From: an uncultured delta proteobacterium
GTDB lineage: Bacteria; Myxococcota_A; Polyangia; Polyangiales; Polyangiaceae
Direction: 5' to 3'
NCBI GenBank assembly: GCA_963716725.1
Contig: CAVQUB010000001.1
Location: forward strand, 1 to 64,000
Length of the DNA stretch: 64,000 bases
Both the position numbers and the translations under genes were made by a program. Below are positions 9,259-19,849 of the stretch, one piece after another (the first letter of the stretch is position 1; each line of letters opens with the position of its first letter). The notes beneath the pieces are model-generated. The model searched no databases and had not been told where the DNA came from. It saw only the letters and a list, made by a program, of their open reading frames with translations.

Positions 9259-10643
9259 GGCCTGACCTCGATCACCGCGGGATCGCCGACGACGCTGCCG
9301 CTCACGTGCACCTCGCCCGGGTGTTGCTCGGTCGAGCAGCCCTCGCAGGTCACCTGGTAGCCCGCGGGGTAGATCCGCGGCGGCACGCGGATCACCGTGG
9401 GAGCGCCGATGCGCGCGCTCGGATGAAAGCGCACGGTCAATCGCTTCGCAGCTTCGTCCCAGGTCCAGTCGACGAGCTTGCCTGCGATCCGTTCGGGATA
9501 GGGGCGGACAATCTGCGCCAAGACCTCGGCTTTCTCGCTGCCATCGGGCTTCAGGAGGCCGTACCCATCGTCGCGATCGTAGGACCAATAGGCCGAGCCC
9601 GCGGCGACGGCCGCGGTGCCATCGAAGGCGGCGTCTACGTAGGCCTCGATGCCCGGGGAGGTCGAGGGCCCGCCGTACTCGCCGATCCAGAGCGGAACGC
9701 CGAGAGCGTCGGCGTCGGCCTCGAGGTCGGCGATGCGCGCGATGAACGCGGCTCGCCCTGCCGGATCGAAGCCTTTCCCGGACTCGGCCGCGGTGTCGTA
9801 GGCGTGCGGGGCGTAGACCACGTCGCGCACGGCAAAGGGGCCTAGGCTCGTGGCAAAGCCCAGGTTCCGTCCGGCGAAGGGCTCGAAGAAGCCGATCCAG
9901 TTCGGCGCGTGCTTCCGGATCTGCCGCGTGAGGTCTTCGTAGAAGGGCTGGAGGACCTCGGCGTCGAAGGTCACTGTCGAGTGCGATCCCCAGAACGGCT
10001 CGTTCATCGGATCGAAGCCGATCACCGCCGGATGGGTGCCGAGTCGCTCAGCGAGGCGACTCCAGGCCTCTCGGTAGTGTCCTCGAAGCTCGTCGCCCTC
10101 CCAGAACTCATCCACGCAGGCGACGACCTCGGGGTCGATGTAGTTCAAGAACCACGGCGTCGTGGGCGTGAACTTCTGGTAGTGGGACTCGGCGCAGGTC
10201 CATCGCGGTGCGCCGTCGCCGCCGAAGCCTTCGCCATAGATGTCTTGGTGCATGTCGAGCACCACCCGCAAGCCCGCGGCCTGCGCCCAGTCCATGCGCT
10301 GGGCCACGCTGTCGAGGTAGGCGTCGTCCCACTGGTCCTTCTCGGGCTCGAGGGCGGACCACAGGACCAAGAAGCGCACGTGGTTCATGCCCCAGTCGTC
10401 GGCCAGGCGCGTGAAGTCTTCGGGCTGGTGGAAGCTGAGGTAGGGTTTCTGCTTGTGGGCGTTCGCGAGGTTGACGCCGCGCAGCACCACCGCGCGGCCC
10501 TCGGGATCGCGCACGAAGCCGTCGGCCACGTGCCAGCGATTGGGGTGCTCCTCGGCCAGTTCTTCGTCGGAGCCGCAGCCAAGGGCGCCGAGGGCGAGGC
10601 AGGCCGCAAGCACCAGCGTTGAGCAGGCCGTTGCAGTCGTCAT
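9255..10643 (-). CDS. GH5 glycoside hydrolase lipoprotein, endoglycoceramidase-like
   Basis: GRAVVLRGVN, LDMHQD, DGAPRW, acid/base NEP, YAPHAY, nucleophile IGEYG, C-terminal RPYP..IAG domain; lipobox LGC. Confidence 0.85.
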   Translation of the reverse strand: MTTATACSTLVLAACLALGALGCGSDEELAEEHPNRWHVADGFVRDPEGRAVVLRGVNLANAHKQKPYLSFHQPEDFTRLADDWGMNHVRFLVLWSALEPEKDQWDDAYLDSVAQRMDWAQAAGLRVVLDMHQDIYGEGFGGDGAPRWTCAESHYQKFTPTTPWFLNYIDPEVVACVDEFWEGDELRGHYREAWSRLAERLGTHPAVIGFDPMNEPFWGSHSTVTFDAEVLQPFYEDLTRQIRKHAPNWIGFFEPFAGRNLGFATSLGPFAVRDVVYAPHAYDTAAESGKGFDPAGRAAFIARIADLEADADALGVPLWIGEYGGPSTSPGIEAYVDAAFDGTAAVAAGSAYWSYDRDDGYGLLKPDGSEKAEVLAQIVRPYPERIAGKLVDWTWDEAAKRLTVRFHPSARIGAPTVIRVPPRIYPAGYQVTCEGCSTEQHPGEVHVSGSVVGDPAVIEVRP

Positions 10644-10671
10644 CCGCTCGGTTGCATGCCCACGGATTGCT

Positions 10672-11508
10672 CTACTTCTCGCGAACGAGGATGTTGTCGA
10701 AGAACGCTGTGGCATTGCCCGAGGCGTGCTTGCGGACCACCAGTTGGATCCGAACCGAGGAGCCGGTCGACTGCCCCATGTCGCGCTCGAGCTCGACCCA
10801 CTGGTCCGCCGTCCCGACGAAGCCGGTCACCAGCGAGCTCCCGCCGCCTCCGGTGCAGTCGGAGGTCGTGAACGTTTGGACCACGAACTGGGCCAGGACT
10901 GACAGGCCCTGATTGGCCGGGATGAAGACCTGCGCGAATGCGGTGTACGCCTTGCCGACGGTGAGGGGTCGGCACTGCGTTGCGCCCAAGAACGTCGGCA
11001 CAGTGCCGTCGGGCGAAGCGTTGACGACCTCGAGGGAGCCCGACGCGGCGTTGCTCTGTGCGTCTTTCGAGGCCCACTTCGCCGTGGCGTTGGTGTCGGC
11101 CGTCCAGTCCGACGCAGCCGTCGCGACCTGTCCGTTCTTCAGGATGTTCTCGAGGCAGTCGGCCTTGCCGCTCTTGTCGGCGTCGAGGTCGTCGTCCTCA
11201 CCGGGGCATTTGTCGACGTCGTCGCACACGCCATCCTTGTCGGTGTCGACGCACGGCCCGTCGGGGGTTGCATCGGCCACGGCGCTGTCGCCGACCGTGC
11301 CACCCGCGCCACCCGCGCCACCCGCGCCACCCGTGCCACCCGTGCCACCCGTGCCACCCGCGCCAGCGGTGCCACCCGCGCCACCCGTGCCACCCGTGCC
11401 ACCCGTGCCACCCGTGCCACCCGCGCCACCATCGGACGAATCGGAACCGCACGCAGCGGCCACGGTGCAAACAAGAACAACAGATGCGAAAGCGAATGTA
11501 CGACTCAC
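10672..11508 (-). CDS. lipoprotein with Gly-rich linker, thrombospondin type 3-like Ca-binding repeat and beta-sandwich domain
   Basis: AAAC lipobox; (GGT/GGA)n linker; DTDKDGVCDDVDKCP; C-terminus ends FFDNILV like CBM4/9-type folds. Confidence 0.7.
   Translation of the reverse strand: MSRTFAFASVVLVCTVAAACGSDSSDGGAGGTGGTGGTGGTGGAGGTAGAGGTGGTGGTGGAGGAGGAGGTVGDSAVADATPDGPCVDTDKDGVCDDVDKCPGEDDDLDADKSGKADCLENILKNGQVATAASDWTADTNATAKWASKDAQSNAASGSLEVVNASPDGTVPTFLGATQCRPLTVGKAYTAFAQVFIPANQGLSVLAQFVVQTFTTSDCTGGGGSSLVTGFVGTADQWVELERDMGQSTGSSVRIQLVVRKHASGNATAFFDNILVREK
11294..11430. repeat. 9-nt coding tandem repeat (ACCCGYGCC) encoding a Gly-Gly-Thr/Ala linker
   Basis: About 15 near-identical units visible. 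Confidence 0.9.
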
Positions 11509-11926
11509 GGCGCGCTCCTCGTTGGGTGACCGATTTTGCACAGGCCAAACTGCCGTAGCCTTCTTCAACGTGCAAGGGGTTTTGGTCCACGCGCCCGGGC
11601 GGGCGCGCCCAGCACTACCGGACGCCGCCCGCTCGGGCCGGCGAGCCGCTCGGAAAGGATCTCACACGAGCGGGTCCCGACGTCCGTGACCTGCCGGTGA
11701 CGAAGTGAGGCGTTGCTCTTCGGTTGGTTCGTCAGCGACAGACCCTGTTGCAGCCGGGACCGAGCACTGCCAGACGTCGCTGACGCACTGGCAACCCTCG
11801 CCGATGTCATTGCCGCAGCGCCAGACCAAACATCGCTCCATGGTCCGGGAGGATACTGCCCTCGCTGTGTCCGGCGAAGGCCCTCGACGCAAGCGCCGTT
11901 GCAAACGGCGAAGCGAGTTGCGCCCT

Positions 11927-12274
11927 TCAAAACGCTTCCCCCACACCGAGGCCCAAGTAGAGCAGACCTTGACCGTCGCTCGAGTGTTCCTGGCGGCACC
12001 GCTGGAGTTCCGGACCCACGCAGTTCAGGCCAGCGGGATTGAGGAGTCGCCCGTATCCGAAGAAGGCGCGAACGGACAGACCTGTCATCCAGCGCGCCTC
12101 GACGCCCAGGTCTGCGTTTGCCCAGTAGGCCCGGTCGATGCTCTTGTGCGCTGCGCCAGAGGCTTCGATGGTGATGTTGTCCCAGCTATAGCCGCCCGAT
12201 GAGGTCCCAACGCCGAGCGTGATAGCGCCGCCTCCACGGCTGCTCGGCCTTGAGCAACCAAGAATGCGCACCAT
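11927..12274 (-). pseudogene. C-terminal fragment of an outer-membrane beta-barrel-like protein
   Basis: Alternating beta-strand pattern ending LYLGLGVGEAF; no signal peptide or plausible N-terminus. Confidence 0.4.
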
Positions 12275-12404
12275 CGAGTTTCACCGAGCAACTTCGATGC
12301 CAAGCGGTCACGACGGCTCGGAGGTCACGCCCCTTCCGCGCGCCCACCCTGCCCGGGCAACCGTTCACTCTTTACGCGCCGGACATCTGCGTTATGGGTC
12401 AGCC

Positions 12405-13671
12405 GTGAACCAAATCGGGCTCTGGGGGACCGTGGCGCTGGGGGCAATCGCGCTCTCGGGCTGCGGGGGTGGGGACGACGGGAAGAAGTCGGGCAGCAGC
12501 ATGCGCGAGCCCGAGCACGTCCAGTTCGACGTCGAGTGGGCGAGCAACACACGCCTGGTGGACGAAGCCGACGGCAAGGCCCACTTGATGGGAGAGTCAC
12601 CCAACGCGTCGACCTTGACCTACACCTTCGACAAGGGAGCGACGGCCATCGCTGCGTTGAAACCAGGTGAGATCGCCGTGCTCGGAGGCATCGCGTACCG
12701 CAAGGTCGTCGCGGTCAACGACACGGGCGGCTCGTTCGATCTGGTCACCGAGCGCACGACGCTGCCCGAGGCCATGCAGAAGGGCACGCTCGACTGGGCG
12801 AAAGACGTGGACTTCGGCGCGCTCGGCTCGAGCCCCCAGGTCTATGCGTTCGGCGAGCCCCTGGGCCAGGTGGAGCAAGGCATCATCGGTCCCATCAACT
12901 ACGAAGGTGGAGATCAACGGCTACAAGGTCTCGCTGACGCTCACACCCGCGTCCGGGCGCCTCGACATCAGCACCGTGGTCTCCCTCGAAGTTCTCGGCG
13001 AGAAGCGCTTCGCGGTGGAGGGCACCGGTCACATCGAGACGTTTCAGTCTCAGGGTCACGCGGTGGTCGGTGAAGGCCAGCTCCTCGAGTTCGAGGCTGG
13101 CCAGGCCCAGGTGCGCGGCGAGCTCAAAGTCAAAGCGGCCGCGTTCAACACCGGACTGAGCGACGAGCTCTTGGATGTTCCCATCGGCATCGACATCCCG
13201 GTTCAGGTCGGCCCGGTCCCGCTGATCCTCAAGCTCAAAGCCAACATCAACGTTCGGCTGATCCTGAGCGTCGCGAACAGCTCGGCCGAAGCCGAGGTCA
13301 CCTTCGCTTTCAGTAGTGATCAGGGCATCGCCATGTCGGGCGTGAGCCTGCAGTCGACGGGCGCGCTCGGCTCCGGCGATCTCGCGGGCTTTTTGGGTGG
13401 AAGCGCCGACTCGGCGGCCGCCGGCATGAGCACCTGTCTGGAGTTCCCCCGCTTCGAGCTCTCGATGTTGGGAGAGTTCGCGTCGGTGGGCATCACGCAG
13501 AACAACTGCGCATCCACCGTGTTCACTTTCGATCCGGCGTGCAACGAGGTGAACGGCACCATCACGGGGATCGCTCTGGCGAATCTGGGGTTCTTCGGCG
13601 TCACCCTGGCCGAAGCTCAGGTCGAGCTCTACCGTCGCACCGACGGACGCCACGTCGGGCAGTGCGACTGA
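12405..13671 (+). pseudogene. secreted lipoprotein split by a +1 frameshift at about 12909 (possibly a sequencing error)
   Basis: Lipobox LSGC; TAC GAA GGT G GAG ATC AAC GGC reads YEG-EING if one G is removed, joining ORFs 12219..13073 and 12667..13671. Confidence 0.7.
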
Positions 13672-13904
13672 CACGCATCAGGACGCTGGGTGGACTGGCG
13701 TCGCGTCCTAGCTCGGGGTGCGCGTCGCGCGCTCTCCAATCGGGAGCACTCGCCGCACGTCGCAGGTCGCCGCTACCGATCCCATCTGCAGCCACTTCGA
13801 GTCGCCGGACTCTGCGCGAACAAGCCTGGCAACCCCCACGACTACCCGTTAGCGGCCGAACGCCCCCGGGTGGTGGCAGCAATGTTTCTGGCGGACGCTC
13901 GGCG

Positions 13905-14408
13905 TTACCGGGGCTGGAACTTCCGAATCCTGACGTTGGGCTGCTTCTCTTGAACGTTGTTGGTCTGCAGTAGGAAGTCGGCCTCGTAGCCTGGAGTCAG
14001 GTCGAGCACGAACCGATACGGCGTCCGGCGCTTGAGAGCGGGGTAGTAGCCGTAGAGCCACAATTGCGTTTCCTTCGCATCGTCAGGGCTGTCGGCGAGG
14101 ATCGTCGCGGCAGCGCAGGACTGGCAGAGATAACCCTTCTCGCAGGGAGGACACGGGAAGCCGTCCACGTAGGTGGCGTCGAGGAAGATGGGGCCGGACA
14201 AGCCCCGGGCCTCCTTGAACTGCTTGACGGAGTACGCGGTTGCCTGCGCCAAGTCGTCATCGGAGACGGTGGAGCCTTCGGTGGCGTCAACGTCGCCGGA
14301 AGCGCCGTCAGATCTGGCGCCAGATGTTTGCTGGGTGGCGTGCCGAGCGCCCGAAGCCGCGCATCCCACCACTACGGCCAGCAAATAGATGAAGGGCGCA
14401 AGACGCAT
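13905..14408 (-). CDS. hypothetical lipoprotein
   Basis: MRLAPFIYLLAVVVGC signal; CPPC..CQSC cysteine cluster. Confidence 0.6.
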   Translation of the reverse strand: MRLAPFIYLLAVVVGCAASGARHATQQTSGARSDGASGDVDATEGSTVSDDDLAQATAYSVKQFKEARGLSGPIFLDATYVDGFPCPPCEKGYLCQSCAAATILADSPDDAKETQLWLYGYYPALKRRTPYRFVLDLTPGYEADFLLQTNNVQEKQPNVRIRKFQPR

Positions 14409-14659
14409 GATGGTCACTCAAGTACTCGCCGCGAGCATGCGCCGCCGCGCTTTCCCTCGCAACCCGGTCCGGATCCGGGGCCGCCGCCAGCAGGTCGGAG
14501 AGGCGCCAGCGACCTGCCTTCGGGGTGGCGGAGCTTCGAGCCATTTTCGTCGCGGAATCGGGGTGTCGCGAACTCTCCGCCCTGGGACAGTGGTGGTATG
14601 CATGGACGTCGGCGAACGGCTTCGAATCGAGGTCACCCCTGAATTCATTCACGCGAACC

Positions 14660-15370
14660 ATGGCCTGGCCCGCCGCGGCCTTTCCGACGCTCGGCGCGGC
14701 CGCGCTGGGGTTGCTCGGGGCGACGCCCGCGCTGGGCCAGCCCCCGGTCTCGGACGAGCCGAGCGCTGCGCGCGTTGAAGCCGGAACCGTCGCCGGCGAC
14801 GGTTCGGAGTCCCCGGAGCCGTCGCGCAAGGCGCCCTTGATCCTCGCGACGGGCGGTGCGACTCCACAGCACGAAGACGTCGCCTGGGTGCCTCCTCCGC
14901 GCGAGCGCTGGCACGACGGAGTCGCGGGCGGCGTCGCGTTCGGCGCCATCTGGATCGAAGGCATCGAGCGGGGCTACTACGGACGAGTCGAGGTCGGCGC
15001 CTACGACATCCAGACCCGGCGCAGGGGATGGATCGCCGGGATGTTGGTGGGCATCGAGGGTTGGGGTGCGCCAGCGACGGGCGATCGGCTCCATTGGGGC
15101 GGGAGCCTTCCGCTGATCATCTACGGTGGGATCCAATCCGACGCCGCGTTCGCGGTGCTCGGCGGGGGATTGGACTTGTTTCTGGTCGACCGTTTCGATG
15201 AAAGTTTGCTCGTGGGGTTCTTCGCTCCGCAGGCCGCAGCCAATGTGGGTGTGGACCTGGAAGGCGTTCGGTTCTTGCTGGACGCCCGCGCGAGCTACCG
15301 CTGGCACATCACCGCGCCCGACCGCGGGGCCTTGCGACTCGGCGGGGCGATCCACTTCACGACTGACTGA
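14660..15370 (+). CDS. hypothetical secreted protein, probable outer-membrane beta-barrel
   Basis: Signal peptide (ATPALG); amphipathic beta-strand pattern ending LRLGGAIHF. Confidence 0.55.
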   Translation: MAWPAAAFPTLGAAALGLLGATPALGQPPVSDEPSAARVEAGTVAGDGSESPEPSRKAPLILATGGATPQHEDVAWVPPPRERWHDGVAGGVAFGAIWIEGIERGYYGRVEVGAYDIQTRRRGWIAGMLVGIEGWGAPATGDRLHWGGSLPLIIYGGIQSDAAFAVLGGGLDLFLVDRFDESLLVGFFAPQAAANVGVDLEGVRFLLDARASYRWHITAPDRGALRLGGAIHFTTD

Positions 15371-15506
15371 GCGCACGCGCCGGAAGTGGGCCCGAACCGT
15401 GGGTCTTCGCCCTGCTGGCCCGGGTGGGGTGGGTGCGGCTCGCGGGCCGTGCGAACAAAGGCCCAGACCTCCGAAATAAGCCGGCTGCCCCGGCGAAAGG
15501 TGCGGC

Positions 15507-16196
15507 ATGGGTACGCTGATTCGGTTTCGAGGCCTCACCCGCAGCTATGCCTCGGGGGAGGGAGTGGTGCACGCCCTGAGAGGCGTCGACCTCGAGATCG
15601 CCGAGGGCGAGCTCTTGGCCATCACGGGTGCGTCGGGGTCCGGCAAATCGACGGCGCTGAACATCATGGGCACCTTGGATCGGCCGGACACCGGGACCTA
15701 CGAGCTCGACGGCGAGGCGGTCGAAGGACGCGACGACGTCGAGCTCGCCCAGCTCCGCAATCGCAAGATCGGCTTCGTGTTCCAGTCGTTCCATCTGCTG
15801 GCGGGCATGAGCGCGCTCGAAAACGTGGAGCTGCCGATGATCTACGCCGGCGTTGCGCGCCGAGTCCGACGCGATCGCGCCGCAGCGGCGCTCGACCGCG
15901 TGGGCTTGGGCGATCGCATGGCTCATCATCCAAACCAACTCTCGGGCGGACAGCAGCAGCGCGTCGCCATTGCCCGCGCCGTAGTCAACGAGCCCAAGCT
16001 GCTGCTCGCCGACGAGCCGACCGGCGCCCTCGATTCGAGCACGACCACCGAGATCTTGGCGCTGTTTCGCGAGCTGTCTCGGCAGGGTGTGACGCTCGTG
16101 GTGGTGACTCACGACCCATCCGTCGCTAGCTTCGCCGCGCGCCGCATGGAGTTTCGCGATGGCGGCATCGTCGCTGACAGCCGGGGGGCAGCGTGA
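15507..16196 (+). CDS. ABC transporter ATP-binding protein (MacB/LolD type)
   Basis: [37 protein letters not shown]. Confidence 0.95.
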   Translation: MGTLIRFRGLTRSYASGEGVVHALRGVDLEIAEGELLAITGASGSGKSTALNIMGTLDRPDTGTYELDGEAVEGRDDVELAQLRNRKIGFVFQSFHLLAGMSALENVELPMIYAGVARRVRRDRAAAALDRVGLGDRMAHHPNQLSGGQQQRVAIARAVVNEPKLLLADEPTGALDSSTTTEILALFRELSRQGVTLVVVTHDPSVASFAARRMEFRDGGIVADSRGAA

Positions 16197-17356
16197 TGAG
16201 CGGATCGCTGCCGCCCGTCACGACGCAGTCGGACACTCATCGCCGTCGCCGTCGCCGTCGCCGGTGGCCGTTCGTGGTGCTCGCGCTCGTGATCGTCTCG
16301 GCCTTCGGGGGCGCGTGGCGGCTGCGCAAGCAAAGCGGCACCAAGATCGACCCTGCGCTCGTGGTCAGCTCGAAGCGGGGCGACTTGTCCGTGGAGGTCG
16401 TGGACGTCGGCCGCATCGAGGCCATCGACAAGGTCGAGATCGCCTCGCGCATCCCCGGCCGCGTCAGCACCGTCACCGTGGACGAGGGCGACAGCGTGAA
16501 ACCGGGGCAGGTCCTGATTCAACTCGACCGGCGGGAGTCCCTCCGGCAAGCGGCGCGCGCGCGGGCCGAGCTGTCGAGGGCGTTGGCGAAGAGCGCCCAC
16601 GCCGAGCGCGAAGTGAAGCGCAAAGAGCGCGGCGTGTCCGAGGGCATCGTGGCGGTGGTCGACCTGCAAGCAGCGGAGCAAGAGCGCGCGCTGGCGAAGG
16701 TGGAAGTGGAGCTGGCCAAAGTTGCGGTGGCCGAAGCGCACGATCGCAGCAAGGACACCCGGCTGACGGCCCCCATCGCGGGAACCGTCACGCGCCGAGC
16801 CATCGAGCCCGGGGAGATGGTCAAGCCGGGGGTCGAGTCGTCGTTCGAGTCGGTGGCGCTGCTCACGATTTGTGATCTGTCGCGGCTGGTCGTGAAGATC
16901 GACTTGAACCAGATCGACGTCGCCAAGGTGAAGCTGGGTCAGAAGGTGAAGCTGGCTCTGGACGCGCTCCCGGGCGAGAGCTTCTCCGCTCGGGTGACGC
17001 GTATCGCCCCCGCATCCGTGAAGGTTGCGGGCAAGGATCTGGAGACCTTTCCGGTGGAAGCCGAGCTGGACCGCGCAGATCCGCGCATCAAGCCCGGCAT
17101 GACCGCCGACGCGCGCATCTTCGTCCAAACCCAGCGCGAGGTCGTGCTCTTGCCGCTCGAGTCGGTTCGGCGCGACGGCGACAAGGCGGTCGTCACCCGC
17201 GTGGTGACGGCGGGCACGTCCGAACGCACCGAGGTCGTGCCAGTGACGCTCGGCGCGGAGAACGACCACGAGATCGAGATCGTCAGCGGCTTGAGCGAAG
17301 GAGAACGCGTGAAGATCGATCCGCCCTCGGCGCGGGCCAACGAGACCAAGATCTGA
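16193..17356 (+). CDS. efflux periplasmic adaptor (MacA-like)
   Basis: N-terminal TM; V.EGD.VK.GQ.L lipoyl half; APIAGTV; IKPGMTA. Confidence 0.9.
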   Translation: MMSGSLPPVTTQSDTHRRRRRRRRWPFVVLALVIVSAFGGAWRLRKQSGTKIDPALVVSSKRGDLSVEVVDVGRIEAIDKVEIASRIPGRVSTVTVDEGDSVKPGQVLIQLDRRESLRQAARARAELSRALAKSAHAEREVKRKERGVSEGIVAVVDLQAAEQERALAKVEVELAKVAVAEAHDRSKDTRLTAPIAGTVTRRAIEPGEMVKPGVESSFESVALLTICDLSRLVVKIDLNQIDVAKVKLGQKVKLALDALPGESFSARVTRIAPASVKVAGKDLETFPVEAELDRADPRIKPGMTADARIFVQTQREVVLLPLESVRRDGDKAVVTRVVTAGTSERTEVVPVTLGAENDHEIEIVSGLSEGERVKIDPPSARANETKI

Positions 17357-18579
17357 TGTGGCGAAACCACCTCATGGTCGCGGTGCGGGCGCTGTCGGCG
17401 CGCAAGGGCCGCTCCCTGCTGACGGTCTCGAGCATCACCCTCGGCGTGCTCGCCATCGTCTTGATGACCTCGCTCGCCGGCAGCGGGCTCGCGACCATCA
17501 TGAAGGGTCTCGAAGAGCTGGGCGCAGCCAGCATGGTGTTGGTCGCCCCCAAGGTCCCGGAGCGCGCCAAGGACAAGGCGTTCACGCGCGAGCCGGGATT
17601 CTCTCCGGAAGATCGCGACGCCATCACCGATCGGGTGCCACACCTCGCAGTCGCAGCGCTGGTCGCGCCCCTCGGCAAGAGGGACGTGACCGGTGACAAT
17701 GGGATTTCCACGCGCAGCGATCTGGTCGCCGCGGACGCCGCGTTCTTCGCCGTGTATCGCATGCGGGTCGCAGCAGGGCGGCAGCTCTTCGCCTCAGACG
17801 ACGTGGCCGGCGCAGGCGTTTGCGTGGTCGGACCGAAGCTCGCCCAGGCCCTCTGGCGAGAGGCGGCGGTGGGGCACTCCTTGACCACGGGCGACCTGCG
17901 CTGCCGGGTGGTGGGCGTGCTCGACAAAAACGACCGGTTCGGGACCAACTTCGGCTTCGAGTGGGACGACCTGGTGGTGATGCCCTTTAGAAGTGTCGCG
18001 GCGCTGGAGCCGCGCACTCGGAGCGAGGCGCAAGTCATCCTCGTCAGCGACGATCCCAGCCACAACGACATCGTGAAGCGCGTGGTCAATCAACGCCTGG
18101 TGGCCCGCCGCGGCGATCTCGACGACTTCACGTTCTACGATCTGAGCGGCGTGGTCGAAAAATTCGAGTCGACCTTCGCCCTGATGCAAGCGCTGGTGGG
18201 GCTCGTCGCGGGCATTGCCCTCCTGATCGGCGGCGTCGGGGTCATGAACATGATGCTCGTGAGCGTCTCGGAGCGGGTGCGCGAGATCGGGGTGCGCAAG
18301 GCACTCGGCGCAACGCCTGACGCGATTCGCGCTCAGTTCGTGGTCGAGGCGGTACTGCTCTCCGGTTTCGGCGCCGGGTTGGGTGTGGTGTCGGGCGTGA
18401 CGCTGTCGCTCATCGCCGGCGTGCTCGTGCGCTTGGCGCTCCCGAGCTGGGTCCAAGGCGTGTCCCTTCCGGCGGCGGCCATCGCGTTCTTCGCGGCGTT
18501 GTTCATCGGCGGCGTCTTCGGCTGGCTGCCGGCGCGGCGGGCGGCGAGGCTCTCACCGGTGGAGGCGATGCGGAGATGA
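17356..18579 (+). CDS. MacB-type ABC permease
   Basis: RSLLT..ITLG; GGVGVMNMMLVSVSERVREIGVRKALGA; PARRAARLSPVEAMR. Confidence 0.93.
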   Translation: MWRNHLMVAVRALSARKGRSLLTVSSITLGVLAIVLMTSLAGSGLATIMKGLEELGAASMVLVAPKVPERAKDKAFTREPGFSPEDRDAITDRVPHLAVAALVAPLGKRDVTGDNGISTRSDLVAADAAFFAVYRMRVAAGRQLFASDDVAGAGVCVVGPKLAQALWREAAVGHSLTTGDLRCRVVGVLDKNDRFGTNFGFEWDDLVVMPFRSVAALEPRTRSEAQVILVSDDPSHNDIVKRVVNQRLVARRGDLDDFTFYDLSGVVEKFESTFALMQALVGLVAGIALLIGGVGVMNMMLVSVSERVREIGVRKALGATPDAIRAQFVVEAVLLSGFGAGLGVVSGVTLSLIAGVLVRLALPSWVQGVSLPAAAIAFFAALFIGGVFGWLPARRAARLSPVEAMRR

Positions 18580-19805
18580 ACGCCGTCGATCTGATGCGGA
18601 GCCTCCGGACGCTGCTTCGCACGCCCGGCAGATTGGCGCTGACGCTGCTCGGGATCGTGATTGGCAGCGCCGCCATCGTGCTCGTGATGGGGCTCCTCGA
18701 AGGCGGCAAGCTCGCGCTGGTTCGGGCCAGTCAGGGTGCGACGGGCGCGGACTTGATCCTGGTTCGAAAGGCGGAGGTGGCAGAGGCAGCACGCCTGCAC
18801 GCGCGGCCGGAGCTGTCCCGCCAAGATGCGCGGATCCTCGGCGATCTGCAGAGCGCTCGGGGACGTCGAGTCCATGCGGAGTCCCGGCACGAAGCGCGGG
18901 CGAGGGTGCGCGCCAAAGAAAAGCGAGTTCTGGTCGTCAGCGGCAACCCGTCGATCGCCGAGCTGTATCGGCTCGGGGTTGTCCGGGGTCGCTTTCTCGA
19001 CGACTCGGATCTCGTCGCCCGCCGGCGTGTCTGCGTCATCGGCGACGAAGTGTACCAAGAGCTCTTGGGTGGTGGCGAGCTGGGCGCGCTCACCATCGAA
19101 GGCACTCGCTGGCTGGTCGTCGGCGTGCTCGAGAAGAAGCCCATGGTTGGCTCCACGACGGGCACCAATATCTGGGCTCGCAAGGTGATCGTTCCAGAAA
19201 CAACCTTCGATTTGCGCTATTCGAAGGAGCACACGGCCGACCGCATCTTGGTCGGTGGGCATGAGCGCGAGGTCGCCGAGAGCGCTCCGTCATCGGTGTT
19301 GCGCGGGGCGATCACCAGCGTGCTCGGCAGGCGCCACGCCGGAGCCAAGAACTTCGATCTGGACGACGAGGCTGGACGGCAACAAGAACGACTGATCGTC
19401 GGCGTCATCGAGGCGTTGCTCGTCGCCACGGGAGCCCTCGCCTTGTTCGTGGGAGGCATCAACGTGATGAACGTGATGCTGGTCCGTGTCAGCGAGCGCA
19501 CGCGCGAGATCGGGCTTCGGCGCGCGCTCGGGGCGACGCGAGGGAGCGTGTTAGCGATGTTCTTGGCGGAGTCGATCGTGCTCTCGGGCACCGGAGGGTT
19601 GGTGGGCGTCGGTTTGGGCGCGGGCTCGGTCGCGCTCGGGGCGACGGCGCTGGCCGGAGTCTTCGGCAGCTTTCCTCTGGTTATTCCTCCGCTCTCCCTC
19701 GCGCTCAGCGGCGGGCTGTCGCTGGTCACGGGCGTGGTCTTCGGGCTCTGGCCCGCCTGGCGCGCAGCGCGTCTCGATCCGGTGGCCGCGCTCAGGCAAG
19801 AGTGA
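18576..19805 (+). CDS. MacB-type ABC permease
   Basis: LTLLGIVIG; GGINVMNVMLVRVSERTREIGLRRALGA; PAWRAARLDPVAALR. Confidence 0.93.
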   Translation: MNAVDLMRSLRTLLRTPGRLALTLLGIVIGSAAIVLVMGLLEGGKLALVRASQGATGADLILVRKAEVAEAARLHARPELSRQDARILGDLQSARGRRVHAESRHEARARVRAKEKRVLVVSGNPSIAELYRLGVVRGRFLDDSDLVARRRVCVIGDEVYQELLGGGELGALTIEGTRWLVVGVLEKKPMVGSTTGTNIWARKVIVPETTFDLRYSKEHTADRILVGGHEREVAESAPSSVLRGAITSVLGRRHAGAKNFDLDDEAGRQQERLIVGVIEALLVATGALALFVGGINVMNVMLVRVSERTREIGLRRALGATRGSVLAMFLAESIVLSGTGGLVGVGLGAGSVALGATALAGVFGSFPLVIPPLSLALSGGLSLVTGVVFGLWPAWRAARLDPVAALRQE

Positions 19806-19849
19806 GGGGAGGGTGCTGGGCGGCGCGGGTCTGCTAAGGGTCTTCAGGC

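Noticed and set aside
11294..11430. Tandem repeats here and at 45393-45581 as possible CRISPR arrays
   Set aside because: No spacers; the repeats are in-frame coding low-complexity sequence; no cas genes
13800..13860. Possible integron attC site (GTTAGCG)
   Set aside because: No matching inverse core or palindromic body, and no integrase
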